From a virus (Duplodnaviria; Caudoviricetes): a stretch of 64,000 nucleotides of DNA. The DNA lies in the IMG/VR virus record IMGVR_UViG_3300028805_002025, positions 32,001-96,000 of that record, one strand, 5' to 3'. The notes under the pieces were generated by a model that worked only from the letters and a program-made list of their open reading frames with translations, was not told the DNA's origin and searched no databases. The translations under genes and the position numbers were made by a program. Position 1 is the first letter of the stretch, and each line of letters starts with the position of its first letter. Of this stretch, positions 19,627 to 26,750 are shown in pieces.

Positions 19627-20481
19627 TTAAAAAGCGTTTTTAAACCACTCTTCTTTATAAAGTAAATTAATCGGTATTAGTTCATAAGTACCGTCATCCT
19701 TTAGCCATATAACTCTAGCCGCTATCGGTGGAAGTCCTATTCCAGCCAAGCATAAACTATATAAATTTAACTGGAGTGTGTAGTAAGACAGAGGTTCTTC
19801 AAAATAATTGGAAAATGGAGGCAAAAGCATTTTTTCGTGTTCCCTACTAAAATCTTTTTTCAGTTCTTTATTAGTCTTCCAATCAAGCACAACTAACCCA
19901 CTTTTTGATTTGTCATCTGGATTATCATAATACATCAACAAATCAAAAGTACCACAAAAAGGTTTTTTTACTTCTGAAACCTCACTTTTATTCGAATATA
20001 CCTTAGTCTCAGCCAATACGAAGTGAAGGTTAGGGTTCAGTTCATTGTAGAACTTTAACACAGCCTCTTCCTTTGGTCTGGTAGGTATCAACCAGTTCTT
20101 CCCCTTCACATACTTTGGCTTACATGAATCTGGTAGAAACTCTGGGTGTCCGTTCTTTAACCATCCAAGACCTTCCCCATACTCGTGCGTTAGTGTACCA
20201 GACGTTGTTGCCACCAGGTTGGTGAATTTCCACTTGTCAAGCCAGTACTGGGCAGTCTCTCCGTGAGTCTCTGCGTATCTCTCTGCCTGTTCCTTCTCAT
20301 TGAATGGGTAGGCACAGAAATGGTGCGTTACCTCTGATACTGATGGTAGCTGGACTCCATCAAGGAAATACTTGTGTCCTTCCTCTATGAAGACCAGCCC
20401 ATCAAACTCCCTCAATATCTTATTCCTTATCTCTGTAACTTCCTTGGGTTCTCCCTTAACTTTTATTGTCTTTGAAGCCAT
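19627..20481 (-). CDS. PD-(D/E)xK exonuclease (RecB/Cas4-like fold)
   Basis: HKY, LPSVS, GTLTHE, E, GTFD, LDWKT, QLNLY motifs. Confidence 0.85.
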   Translation of the reverse strand: MASKTIKVKGEPKEVTEIRNKILREFDGLVFIEEGHKYFLDGVQLPSVSEVTHHFCAYPFNEKEQAERYAETHGETAQYWLDKWKFTNLVATTSGTLTHEYGEGLGWLKNGHPEFLPDSCKPKYVKGKNWLIPTRPKEEAVLKFYNELNPNLHFVLAETKVYSNKSEVSEVKKPFCGTFDLLMYYDNPDDKSKSGLVVLDWKTNKELKKDFSREHEKMLLPPFSNYFEEPLSYYTLQLNLYSLCLAGIGLPPIAARVIWLKDDGTYELIPINLLYKEEWFKNAF

Positions 20482-20556
20482 TATATCACAAATTTTATGC
20501 AAAGATATATAAAAAATATTAAAAAAACAAATTTTTATTAAAAAATATTTATTAAT

Positions 20557-20748
20557 ATGAAGATATTATATAAATCGATTATCGTATTAATATTAGCTAT
20601 ATTATTAGTATCTTGTAAAACAGCTAATACTGTTGTAGTAATGGATAATAATGTATACTACGACTATGATGCTGTGATTGCTAATGACCTGTATAACGAG
20701 TTATATAATAATGGAGTAATCAAGAATAAACCAATAGTGATAAAATAA
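20557..20748 (+). CDS. Small lipoprotein
   Basis: Signal peptide ending in LLVSC lipobox; preceded by ATATTTAT. Confidence 0.65.
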   Translation: MKILYKSIIVLILAILLVSCKTANTVVVMDNNVYYDYDAVIANDLYNELYNNGVIKNKPIVIK

Positions 20749-20780
20749 AAATAGTAACCAAGGTGTGGTTACTATTTTTA
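20746..20780. terminator. Bidirectional terminator hairpin
   Basis: AAAAATAGTAACCA...TGGTTACTATTTTT. Confidence 0.7.
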
Positions 20781-21166
20781 TTTTATTGATATACTTCCAA
20801 TATCTGTATTATTTCACTTCCCTATTTATAAGTAGGGTTATAATACATTGTTACTCTATAAGTACCTATAGCTACTATTTCCTCTGAATAGTGAGGATGA
20901 AGTTCTCCTCCAGAGCTTCTATCTACATTATACATTCTCACTTTAGCACGTGTTGCACAATTACCTCCATCTCTTATTTGCACGCTAGTATACATCAGTA
21001 TCAATGTCGGCAATACTATCAACCTTACGACCTTTCTTCTTGGTGCTTACTGGTTGTGTTGGTTTTTCGCCCTGTTTTACAATATAGATAAAAGAATCAT
21101 GCTCCATAATATAAATATTTTTTTATAAATACTTGTGTTTTCATATTTTTTCATTATATTTTATAC

Positions 21167-21637
21167 ATGGGACATGTTTATTTAATAGGCGCACGTGACC
21201 TACCAGGTAGATACAAGATAGGGTCTACCAGGGGTAAGAACGTTAACAAGAGACTGAAGCAGCTCCAGACTGGAAGCTCCTCAGAACTATACATAAAAGA
21301 ATCATATGAAACAGAGCATCCTTTCAAACTTGAAAAAATGCTCCACAATCACTTTGAATCATCAAACCTTATAGGGGAATGGTTCGAGCTGCCCGAAGCC
21401 GATACAAGGGACTTTAGGAGGCTCTGCGAGGACAAATCGAAGGTGATTGAGTCACTAAAAGACAATCCGTTCTATTTTAATGCAAGAATTGTACCCATGA
21501 AGATTGATTTTGAGAAGAAAAACAGCAACGGCAGGGTGTATAGCCAGGAAATGATGAAATCACTGATTGAAGACTTTAATACAAGATTAAGGGAATTTGG
21601 TGATGTGTTAGGAGAGCTTAATCATCCTGTGGAATAA
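21167..21637 (+). CDS. T5orf172-type GIY-YIG nuclease fused to an N-terminal fragment of a T4 gp21-like prohead protease
   Basis: VYLI...YKIG...RLKQLQTG...LEKMLH...GEWF followed by KNSNGRVYS...LGELNHP. Confidence 0.75.
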   Translation: MGHVYLIGARDLPGRYKIGSTRGKNVNKRLKQLQTGSSSELYIKESYETEHPFKLEKMLHNHFESSNLIGEWFELPEADTRDFRRLCEDKSKVIESLKDNPFYFNARIVPMKIDFEKKNSNGRVYSQEMMKSLIEDFNTRLREFGDVLGELNHPVE

Positions 21638-21669
21638 AAAAAGGAGAAACTTAGTCGGTTTCTCCTTTA
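21638..21669. terminator. Bidirectional terminator hairpin
   Basis: AAAGGAGAAAC...GTTTCTCCTTT after the GIY-YIG fusion. Confidence 0.7.
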
Positions 21670-21774
21670 TTTATAAGCTTCTCATAGAACTTGTCTATGG
21701 CATACTTTAATTCTCTTTCCGTATCACGGGACGATATGAATGGTAGCGTTCTCATCATGTCGGCTACCACCTCG

Positions 21775-22182
21775 TCACGTATCCTGTTCTTTTCTTGCTC
21801 GTCTTGCATTCCTCATTTCCTCCATCTTCTCCTTCAAGAGCTTCTTCTGTAGCTCCTCAGCTATCACATCACCATGACAAGGCTCTGGTTTACAGAAGCA
21901 TGCAAGCCAGATGTCCTCACCGTTCTTGTAATGCTCGTATATCTCGTCGAATACCTTGGTAAGCTCTGTATCCTTACCATAAGCTTTCTCAAAATATATC
22001 CTGTAGGCATTAATGGCTTCCTCACGTGTCTTGAATGATAGCTTCGCCAGATTACTTCTCTTGCCGTTGTGGGTGAATGGATTTCCAAGAGGATTACCAT
22101 GCTTAGACCTACCTATGTACCAGTTATTATCTTCTGAGGTGTGGTCTTCTTGGTGAAGATTGTAAACGTGTATTTGTCCCAT
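21775..22182 (-). CDS. DUF4326-like protein
   Basis: YIGR, LGNPF, LACFCKPEPCHGDVI. Confidence 0.85.
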   Translation of the reverse strand: MGQIHVYNLHQEDHTSEDNNWYIGRSKHGNPLGNPFTHNGKRSNLAKLSFKTREEAINAYRIYFEKAYGKDTELTKVFDEIYEHYKNGEDIWLACFCKPEPCHGDVIAEELQKKLLKEKMEEMRNARRARKEQDT

Positions 22183-22660
22183 TCTTCTTATCCTTTAGTA
22201 CAAACTGATTATCTTCTCCTTTTTTAAAACAACTGCAAGCTTTCTTATTGCTTTTATCCCAATCGACCCTATATTCAAGAAAGTGATGCCAACGGTCAAC
22301 GTAGTATTTGACATACACACCAGTACCCTTTTTATTCATTACTCCCATCCACCAGTGCCTCCAGTATCTTTCATCAAAATCCTCTTCGTCCTTGTATCTG
22401 TCATAGAGCATTTGCCACCTTGGGTTTGAGTTTCTTCTCTTCACAAGGTTTGGTGCTAATATGAATAACCTAGTTACAAAGCATCTAAGCTGTCTGTTAT
22501 TCCTGGACAGATACCCTTCAACAAAGTCCTTCTTGAAGAGGGGTCTTGTTTTGAAGTATCTGTTTCCTGGATTATGTGATATGATTTCCCTAAAGAACAG
22601 ATACTCACCCAAGGTACAATTCTCCCGTAGGAACTGCAAGAATAGTTGGGTGGCTGTCAT
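22127..22660 (-). CDS. Hypothetical protein
   Basis: ORF fits operon packing. Confidence 0.6.
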   Translation of the reverse strand: MTATQLFLQFLRENCTLGEYLFFREIISHNPGNRYFKTRPLFKKDFVEGYLSRNNRQLRCFVTRLFILAPNLVKRRNSNPRWQMLYDRYKDEEDFDERYWRHWWMGVMNKKGTGVYVKYYVDRWHHFLEYRVDWDKSNKKACSCFKKGEDNQFVLKDKKNGTNTRLQSSPRRPHLRR

Positions 22661-22662
22661 GG

Positions 22663-22863
22663 TTAAATCATTTCATTGATAGCCTTCAGAACCTTGTTTA
22701 TCTCCTTTGGATTCTTCTTTGCCATCTTGTTGAACACCTCAATAGCCGTAGCCCTATCAATCTCATTGCTCTTGAAAGCCTCAGCAGCATTCAAGATAGC
22801 GTCAACCTGCTCCATAGGCATGTTTAACGCTGATGCCATTGTCTTCTTTACAAAAATATTCAT
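22663..22863 (-). CDS. Hypothetical protein
   Basis: First ORF after TATCTTTGCA promoter at 22894. Confidence 0.6.
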   Translation of the reverse strand: MNIFVKKTMASALNMPMEQVDAILNAAEAFKSNEIDRATAIEVFNKMAKKNPKEINKVLKAINEMI

Positions 22864-23158
22864 AACAGTCTTATTTAAAATTTGTCTCTATAGTGCAAAG
22901 ATATATATTTTTCTTGAGAAATACAAGAAATTACCTAATAAATTTGTCTTTCACACTGTCAAGACCCTCATAAATCTCCCTAACGTCGTCTCTGGAAAGG
23001 GTGATTTCATCGATGTAATGACCATATACATCATACATGGCTAAAATAAACTCCATAGTATCGTCATTGTATTTCAGCTCAACCTTTTCGTTACTTATTA
23101 TATTACTCATATCCTTTAGTTTCTGAATAAATATAATGCCATTTCAAAAAGTTATTTT

Positions 23159-23395
23159 TCAATCCCAGAACCACAACTCGTAGTTATTCATCTTCTGATG
23201 GCTAAGTCTTTCTCCATCAAACTCTTTGAACCATTTCTTATTCCTGTAGTACCACTTGAATTTTTTATGCCTTCTCCCGAAAACATGAGGACTGGTTTTC
23301 CTCCATGACTGAACCGAATATGAAGGACGCTTGGTCTTATTGCGCATATTCTTCCAGAACCTCTTAGGTGTGTTAAATTTCTTACCTTTGCTCAT
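23159..23395 (-). CDS. Small basic hypothetical protein
   Basis: ATGA overlap with upstream gene. Confidence 0.55.
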   Translation of the reverse strand: MSKGKKFNTPKRFWKNMRNKTKRPSYSVQSWRKTSPHVFGRRHKKFKWYYRNKKWFKEFDGERLSHQKMNNYELWFWD

Positions 23396-24264
23396 CTTTT
23401 TTTCATTAAACTATTCCTTCTTTGGTTATACGTCATACCATATCTGTCATTAACCTCATATGCTTCCATTTCACCTTTATTAGAATAGTAGTCTTTTTCC
23501 AACTCTTCAAATCCAGGATATTTTTTCAATCTATCTTGTGCGTCTTTAATATATTCATCAATAGTATCTCCGTTTTGAACCCACAACGCAATGTCTACTA
23601 GAGAATTCCTTTCTGGAGAGTCCTTATCATATGATTTAGACATATTGTAGATTTCTTTCCAATCAAGCCCCCTAACTTTTTCTGCTAACTCCATACTTGT
23701 CTCTATTTCTTTTTTAATTTTTTCATATGTCAAAAGATTAGGGGCTGGTGCTCCACCTTCCCAATTCTCATACCATTGAATTACATGTTGTATTTCGTGC
23801 TGAATTGTTGAATTACACTGGCGTTTTAAAAAATCTAACGGTAAAGCTGTCTTATTTTCCCACCATATCAAAGAAGGAGGTATTTGAATAAAATCAGGTC
23901 CTGTTTGTGCAAAATTACCACCATCCCCATATGCTAATAATATTCGTGTATTTCTAAGGTTGGGATACCACTTGTACAAATCGTCATCATCCCACAAATC
24001 AGATAACACTCGTATACTAGAGCTAGGAACTTGTTTGACAGTACCATCAACACCTTCATATTTCCAGTTTCCATCATACCCTATCTCCCAGCCTGTGGTT
24101 TGTTTTATTTTAAGAGGGTCTTCATTTTTTTCCATCATGGTCTTAGCGTTCTGTAATGCCAGCATTTCTGGTGACTCCTCACCTAGGTTAGCAAGACCAC
24201 GCTCCCCTCTAAACGATTCTGAAAACAATCTTTTGAATTTAGATTCTGTAAGTTTAATAATCAT
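23392..24264 (-). CDS. LPD23-like (polyvalent-protein) domain with zincin HExxH motif and LTES leader
   Basis: A..M......I...TGW..G.DG.WKYE, HEIQHVIQ, Y....GE.EA; N-terminus MIIKLTESKFKRLFSE. Confidence 0.7.
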   Translation of the reverse strand: MIIKLTESKFKRLFSESFRGERGLANLGEESPEMLALQNAKTMMEKNEDPLKIKQTTGWEIGYDGNWKYEGVDGTVKQVPSSSIRVLSDLWDDDDLYKWYPNLRNTRILLAYGDGGNFAQTGPDFIQIPPSLIWWENKTALPLDFLKRQCNSTIQHEIQHVIQWYENWEGGAPAPNLLTYEKIKKEIETSMELAEKVRGLDWKEIYNMSKSYDKDSPERNSLVDIALWVQNGDTIDEYIKDAQDRLKKYPGFEELEKDYYSNKGEMEAYEVNDRYGMTYNQRRNSLMKKR

Positions 24265-24289
24265 ATAGAAACGTTTTCTATATAAATAG

Positions 24290-24327
24290 TTGGGACAGTG
24301 GGATTCGAACCCACAATGACAGCTCCA
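24290..24327 (-). pseudogene. 3' half of a split tRNA-Gln
   Basis: TGGA-GCTGT-CATT-GTGGG TTCGAAT CCCAC-TGTCCCA-A: anticodon remnant, T arm and acceptor 3' strand. Confidence 0.8.
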
Positions 24328-25194
24328 TTAGTGCCTTTTTAAATATTCTGGATTTCCGTTATTAAATTTCCATTTTATTTTTTCATTAAAAATCTCTCTT
24401 ACATAATTTCTCATTTCAACGGAATAAGTTGGTAAACTATATTTTTCACACCATTTCACAACGGCTTTATCACTAACACCATATTTTCTCCCAACGCCAG
24501 TAAAAGAACCAATTTTTCTAAAATCATTCAATAGCTGTTCTTTTGAAATTATTTTATTAGATTTTGGCTGCTTATTAACTATTTTCATTTTTTTCAATTT
24601 ACGTCCACAATAGTTATCTGTTAAAGTGTGACAATTAGGGCATAATAATTGTAAATTTTCAAGCCTATTATCAGTTCTATCACCATTAATATGATGTAGC
24701 TGTAATGGGATAGGTTTGCCATACCATTCTGATAAGCCACATTCTGGATTTTCGCACTTATGTTCTTTTATTCCTTCATTTAACAACCTTTCTCTTAATC
24801 TTGGTATAGAAATTGTTGAACCTTTAACTAGATACTCTTCTATTGAAATCTTTTTTTTAATACAACCTGGTTTATATGGTTCATATTCATTAAAATGTGA
24901 TATATCAATTTTATTTTCTTCTAAAATTTTCCTTATTTGTTTATAATATTCATTTGTTCCTTTTTTACCTAATATATGTAGTATTTGGTTAATATTGGTA
25001 CATTTTTTAGCAAGTTCGCATACCATATCTACATATTTTTGGTGCGATGATTTTTTTTCATCGTATTCATCAAGATTAATCTTATTGCAGTAGCAAGCGT
25101 TTGATTTGGTAATCAAAAGTTCTTTAGCTATTTCTCCAAAGCTTTTACCAGCTTTTCTTAATTTCTGTACTTGTACTATTATTTCTCTATCCAT
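24328..25194 (-). CDS. HNH homing endonuclease with flanking HTH-like domains
   Basis: CENPEC...LQLHHINGDRTDNRLENLQLLCPNCH; AT-rich; start set at ATG after ATATTTAT. Confidence 0.9.
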   Translation of the reverse strand: MDREIIVQVQKLRKAGKSFGEIAKELLITKSNACYCNKINLDEYDEKKSSHQKYVDMVCELAKKCTNINQILHILGKKGTNEYYKQIRKILEENKIDISHFNEYEPYKPGCIKKKISIEEYLVKGSTISIPRLRERLLNEGIKEHKCENPECGLSEWYGKPIPLQLHHINGDRTDNRLENLQLLCPNCHTLTDNYCGRKLKKMKIVNKQPKSNKIISKEQLLNDFRKIGSFTGVGRKYGVSDKAVVKWCEKYSLPTYSVEMRNYVREIFNEKIKWKFNNGNPEYLKRH

Positions 25195-25262
25195 AGTATA
25201 ATCGTTTTTATATAAATATCTAAATCCTCCAAAAAAAATACGATTATACCACATTTATTTTG

Positions 25263-25334
25263 TAGGGAACAATTGAGTTGAACAATTACCTGTCGAGTCA
25301 AAGTCGCTTGTGCAGACCGCTACACCAGTTCCCC
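25263..25334 (-). tRNA. Atypical tRNA-Gln(TTG), copy A
   Basis: Acceptor GGGGAAC/GTTCCCT, D stem GTGT/GCAC, loop CT-TTG-AC, T arm AATTG TTCAACT CAATT; only 3 Watson-Crick pairs in anticodon stem. Confidence 0.7.
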
Positions 25335-25337
25335 ATA

Positions 25338-25363
25338 TTGTGTTACCATTACACCATGTCCCA
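25338..25363 (-). pseudogene. 5' half of the split tRNA-Gln
   Basis: TGGGACA-TG-GTGTAATGGTAACAC-A; TGGGACA is exactly complementary to TGTCCCA of the 3' half. Confidence 0.75.
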
Positions 25364-25368
25364 GTATG

Positions 25369-25440
25369 TAGGGGTGGAATGAGTCGAACATTCACCTGTT
25401 GAGTCAAAGTCACTTGTGCAGACCGCTACACCACACCCCC
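25369..25440 (-). tRNA. Atypical tRNA-Gln(TTG), copy B
   Basis: Acceptor GGGGGTG/CACCCCT, same D arm, loop CT-TTG-AC, T arm GAATG TTCGACT CATTC. Confidence 0.72.
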
Positions 25441-25560
25441 AGATACGAAAATAGGGTATTCGGATTCCTGTTACAGACCGTAATACCCTGGTGTGCCTTA
25501 CGTTCAAGGCACTAAGCAATAAGTCATTTGACAATGAAGTCAAATACCAATCGACAAAAG

Positions 25561-25655
25561 TACCCCTGGAGGCTCTCGAAACCTCACTCCTACCGTTTAT
25601 CACTTCGGAACACAGATTCTCAACCGTGCGCGTCTTCCCTTTCCACCACAGGGGT
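25561..25655 (-). tRNA. Atypical tRNA-Leu(GAG)-like with 8-nt anticodon loop and long variable arm
   Basis: Acceptor ACCCCTG/CAGGGGT-A, Leu-type D arm, stem CACGG/CTGTG around TTGAGAAT, T arm GAGGT TTCGAGA GCCTC. Confidence 0.6.
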
Positions 25656-25697
25656 ATATATTGTGGGTATTACGTTCAAGTAACACCCTGTTGTTGC

Positions 25698-25958
25698 TTA
25701 AATACCATCATACATTCCTAATATTTTCTTTATTTTATCTCTTCTTTCTTTGCTCTTAGCTTCTTTATCATCAAACGTCTTAACCCATTCATTACCTTGA
25801 CTGGTAAGCTCCCAGGTCTCGCCATCAATGCTGATACATGATAGCCCACTCAACCTTCCGACACCACTCTCCCCAATTATGGCAGTAAGTTCATCAATGT
25901 CTCCACTACCATTGGTTATAATGGGATGTTGTATCATCTGTTTAAAAGTCAGCTCCAT
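25698..25958 (-). CDS. Hypothetical protein embedded in tRNA array
   Basis: Start moved to ATG just downstream of a tRNA-Leu; the longer ORF-track version overlaps tRNAs. Confidence 0.6.
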   Translation of the reverse strand: MELTFKQMIQHPIITNGSGDIDELTAIIGESGVGRLSGLSCISIDGETWELTSQGNEWVKTFDDKEAKSKERRDKIKKILGMYDGI

Positions 25959-25962
25959 AATG

Positions 25963-26045
25963 TACCTCCAGTGAGACTCGAACTCACACGTTTCATAACA
26001 GGGGCCTCTCGAACCCCCCTGTCTACCCGATTCCAGCATAGAGGT
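25963..26045 (-). tRNA. tRNA-Leu(GAG) with C33
   Basis: Acceptor ACCTCTA/TGGAGGT-A, stem GGGGT/GCCCC, loop TC-GAG-AG, T arm GTGAG TTCGAGT CTCAC. Confidence 0.75.
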
Positions 26046-26056
26046 ATGTAAATATG

Positions 26057-26144
26057 TACCCTCGGTGGGACTCGAACCCACACACTACTGTTATTTCGCA
26101 CCAGATTCTTAGTCTGGCATGTCTACCAATTCCATCACAAGGGC
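26057..26144 (-). tRNA. tRNA-Leu(AAG)
   Basis: Acceptor GCCCTTG/CGAGGGT-A, stem CCAGA/TCTGG, loop CT-AAG-AA, long variable arm, canonical T arm. Confidence 0.85.
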
Positions 26145-26150
26145 ATGATG

Positions 26151-26273
26151 TATCACCTGCTGTGTGAGCCAACGCCCGTACCCGTTGACACTCCGACCCT
26201 GCTCACATCACACATACAGACTGTACTCAAAAGAAGTGCAACATTGGACTTACCTTCTCGGTCTTACAGGTGA
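26151..26273 (-). ncRNA. Unassigned structured RNA within the tRNA array
   Basis: Closing stem TCACCTGT/GCAGGTGA, internal stems GAC/GTC, GCACT/AGTAC, GTGAGC/GCTCAC, CAACG/CGTTG; ends in TAC like flanking tRNAs. Confidence 0.45.
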
Positions 26274-26276
26274 ATG

Positions 26277-26358
26277 TATCCCTGGTGGGGGTCGAACCCA
26301 CATGTCCTCTCGAACATACGGTCTGAACGTACTGCGTCTACCATTGCGCCACAGAGAT
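26277..26358 (-). tRNA. tRNA-Leu(CAG)
   Basis: Acceptor ATCTCTG/CAGGGAT-A, stem GTACG/CGTAT, loop TT-CAG-AC, T arm GTGGG TTCGACC CCCAC. Confidence 0.85.
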
Positions 26359-26364
26359 ATGTTG

Positions 26365-26448
26365 TAGCTCTAGAGGGACTCGAACCCTCACGCCATCGCT
26401 GACACTTGATTTTGAGTCAAGCCTGTCTACCAATTCCAGCATAAAGCC
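26365..26448 (-). tRNA. tRNA-Leu(CAA)
   Basis: Acceptor GGCTTTA/TAGAGCT-A, stem CTTGA/TCAAG, loop CT-CAA-AA, canonical T arm. Confidence 0.9.
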
Positions 26449-26570
26449 ATATTAGATTTCGTGACCTACACGAGACCGCTAGTCTCCGTCCTACCACACA
26501 CCATCGCCTCGGCTACTTACATTATGATAACAAAAAAACACCGTGAAACAGTCACTTAACTGAATCACGG

Positions 26571-26605
26571 TGCAAAGATATGGATTTTTTTTTAAAAAAC
26601 CAAAT
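26571..26605 (-). promoter_or_regulatory. Bacteroidota primary-sigma promoter driving the tRNA array
   Basis: TTTGG...TATCTTTGCA followed by hairpin CACCGTGA...TCACGGTG. Confidence 0.75.
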
Positions 26606-26618
26606 TTTTTGTAATTTT

Positions 26619-26750
26619 TTAACGGATAATTCTTTTTTCCGTTCTTAGCCCTCTCACTCCATTTGATGTTGGCCTTGGCTTGTTGATAGCCTCATTTGTT
26701 GGCTTTGGAGCTGCTTGAGCTGCTTGATTCTTTTTACATCCGCATGCCAT
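26619..26750 (-). CDS. 43-aa MACGCKK peptide (not in ORF track)
   Basis: MACGCKKNQAAQAAPKPTNEAINKPRPTSNGVRGLRTEKRIIR with A-rich upstream region. Confidence 0.6.
   Translation of the reverse strand: MACGCKKNQAAQAAPKPTNEAINKPRPTSNGVRGLRTEKRIIR

Noticed and set aside
19627-20481. Cas4 or a CRISPR-Cas locus
   Set aside because: Lacks the four-Cys Fe-S pattern, and no repeat-spacer array or other cas genes were seen.
20822-21107. Frameshifted or read-through gene (MEHDSFIY... ending TAG, overlapping ORF 20822-21022)
   Set aside because: No recognisable domain or slippery site; read-through adds only a few residues. It could be two small ORFs and is unresolved.
24328-25337. Group I intron in the tRNA-Gln anticodon loop
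   Set aside because: The HNH stop abuts the 3' exon with no room for a ribozyme core or terminal G, part of the anticodon arm is missing, and the insert contains a whole tRNA. An Infernal search would be the final test.
25349-26367. ORF-track entries 25349-25603, 25491-25721, 26164-26367 and the 5' extension of 25698-26081
   Set aside because: They overlap well-formed tRNAs or structured RNA and lack coding features.
26455-26520. Self-cleaving ribozyme in the tRNA leader
   Set aside because: Small hairpins and a GAAA are present but no CUGANGA core or other recognisable ribozyme consensus.
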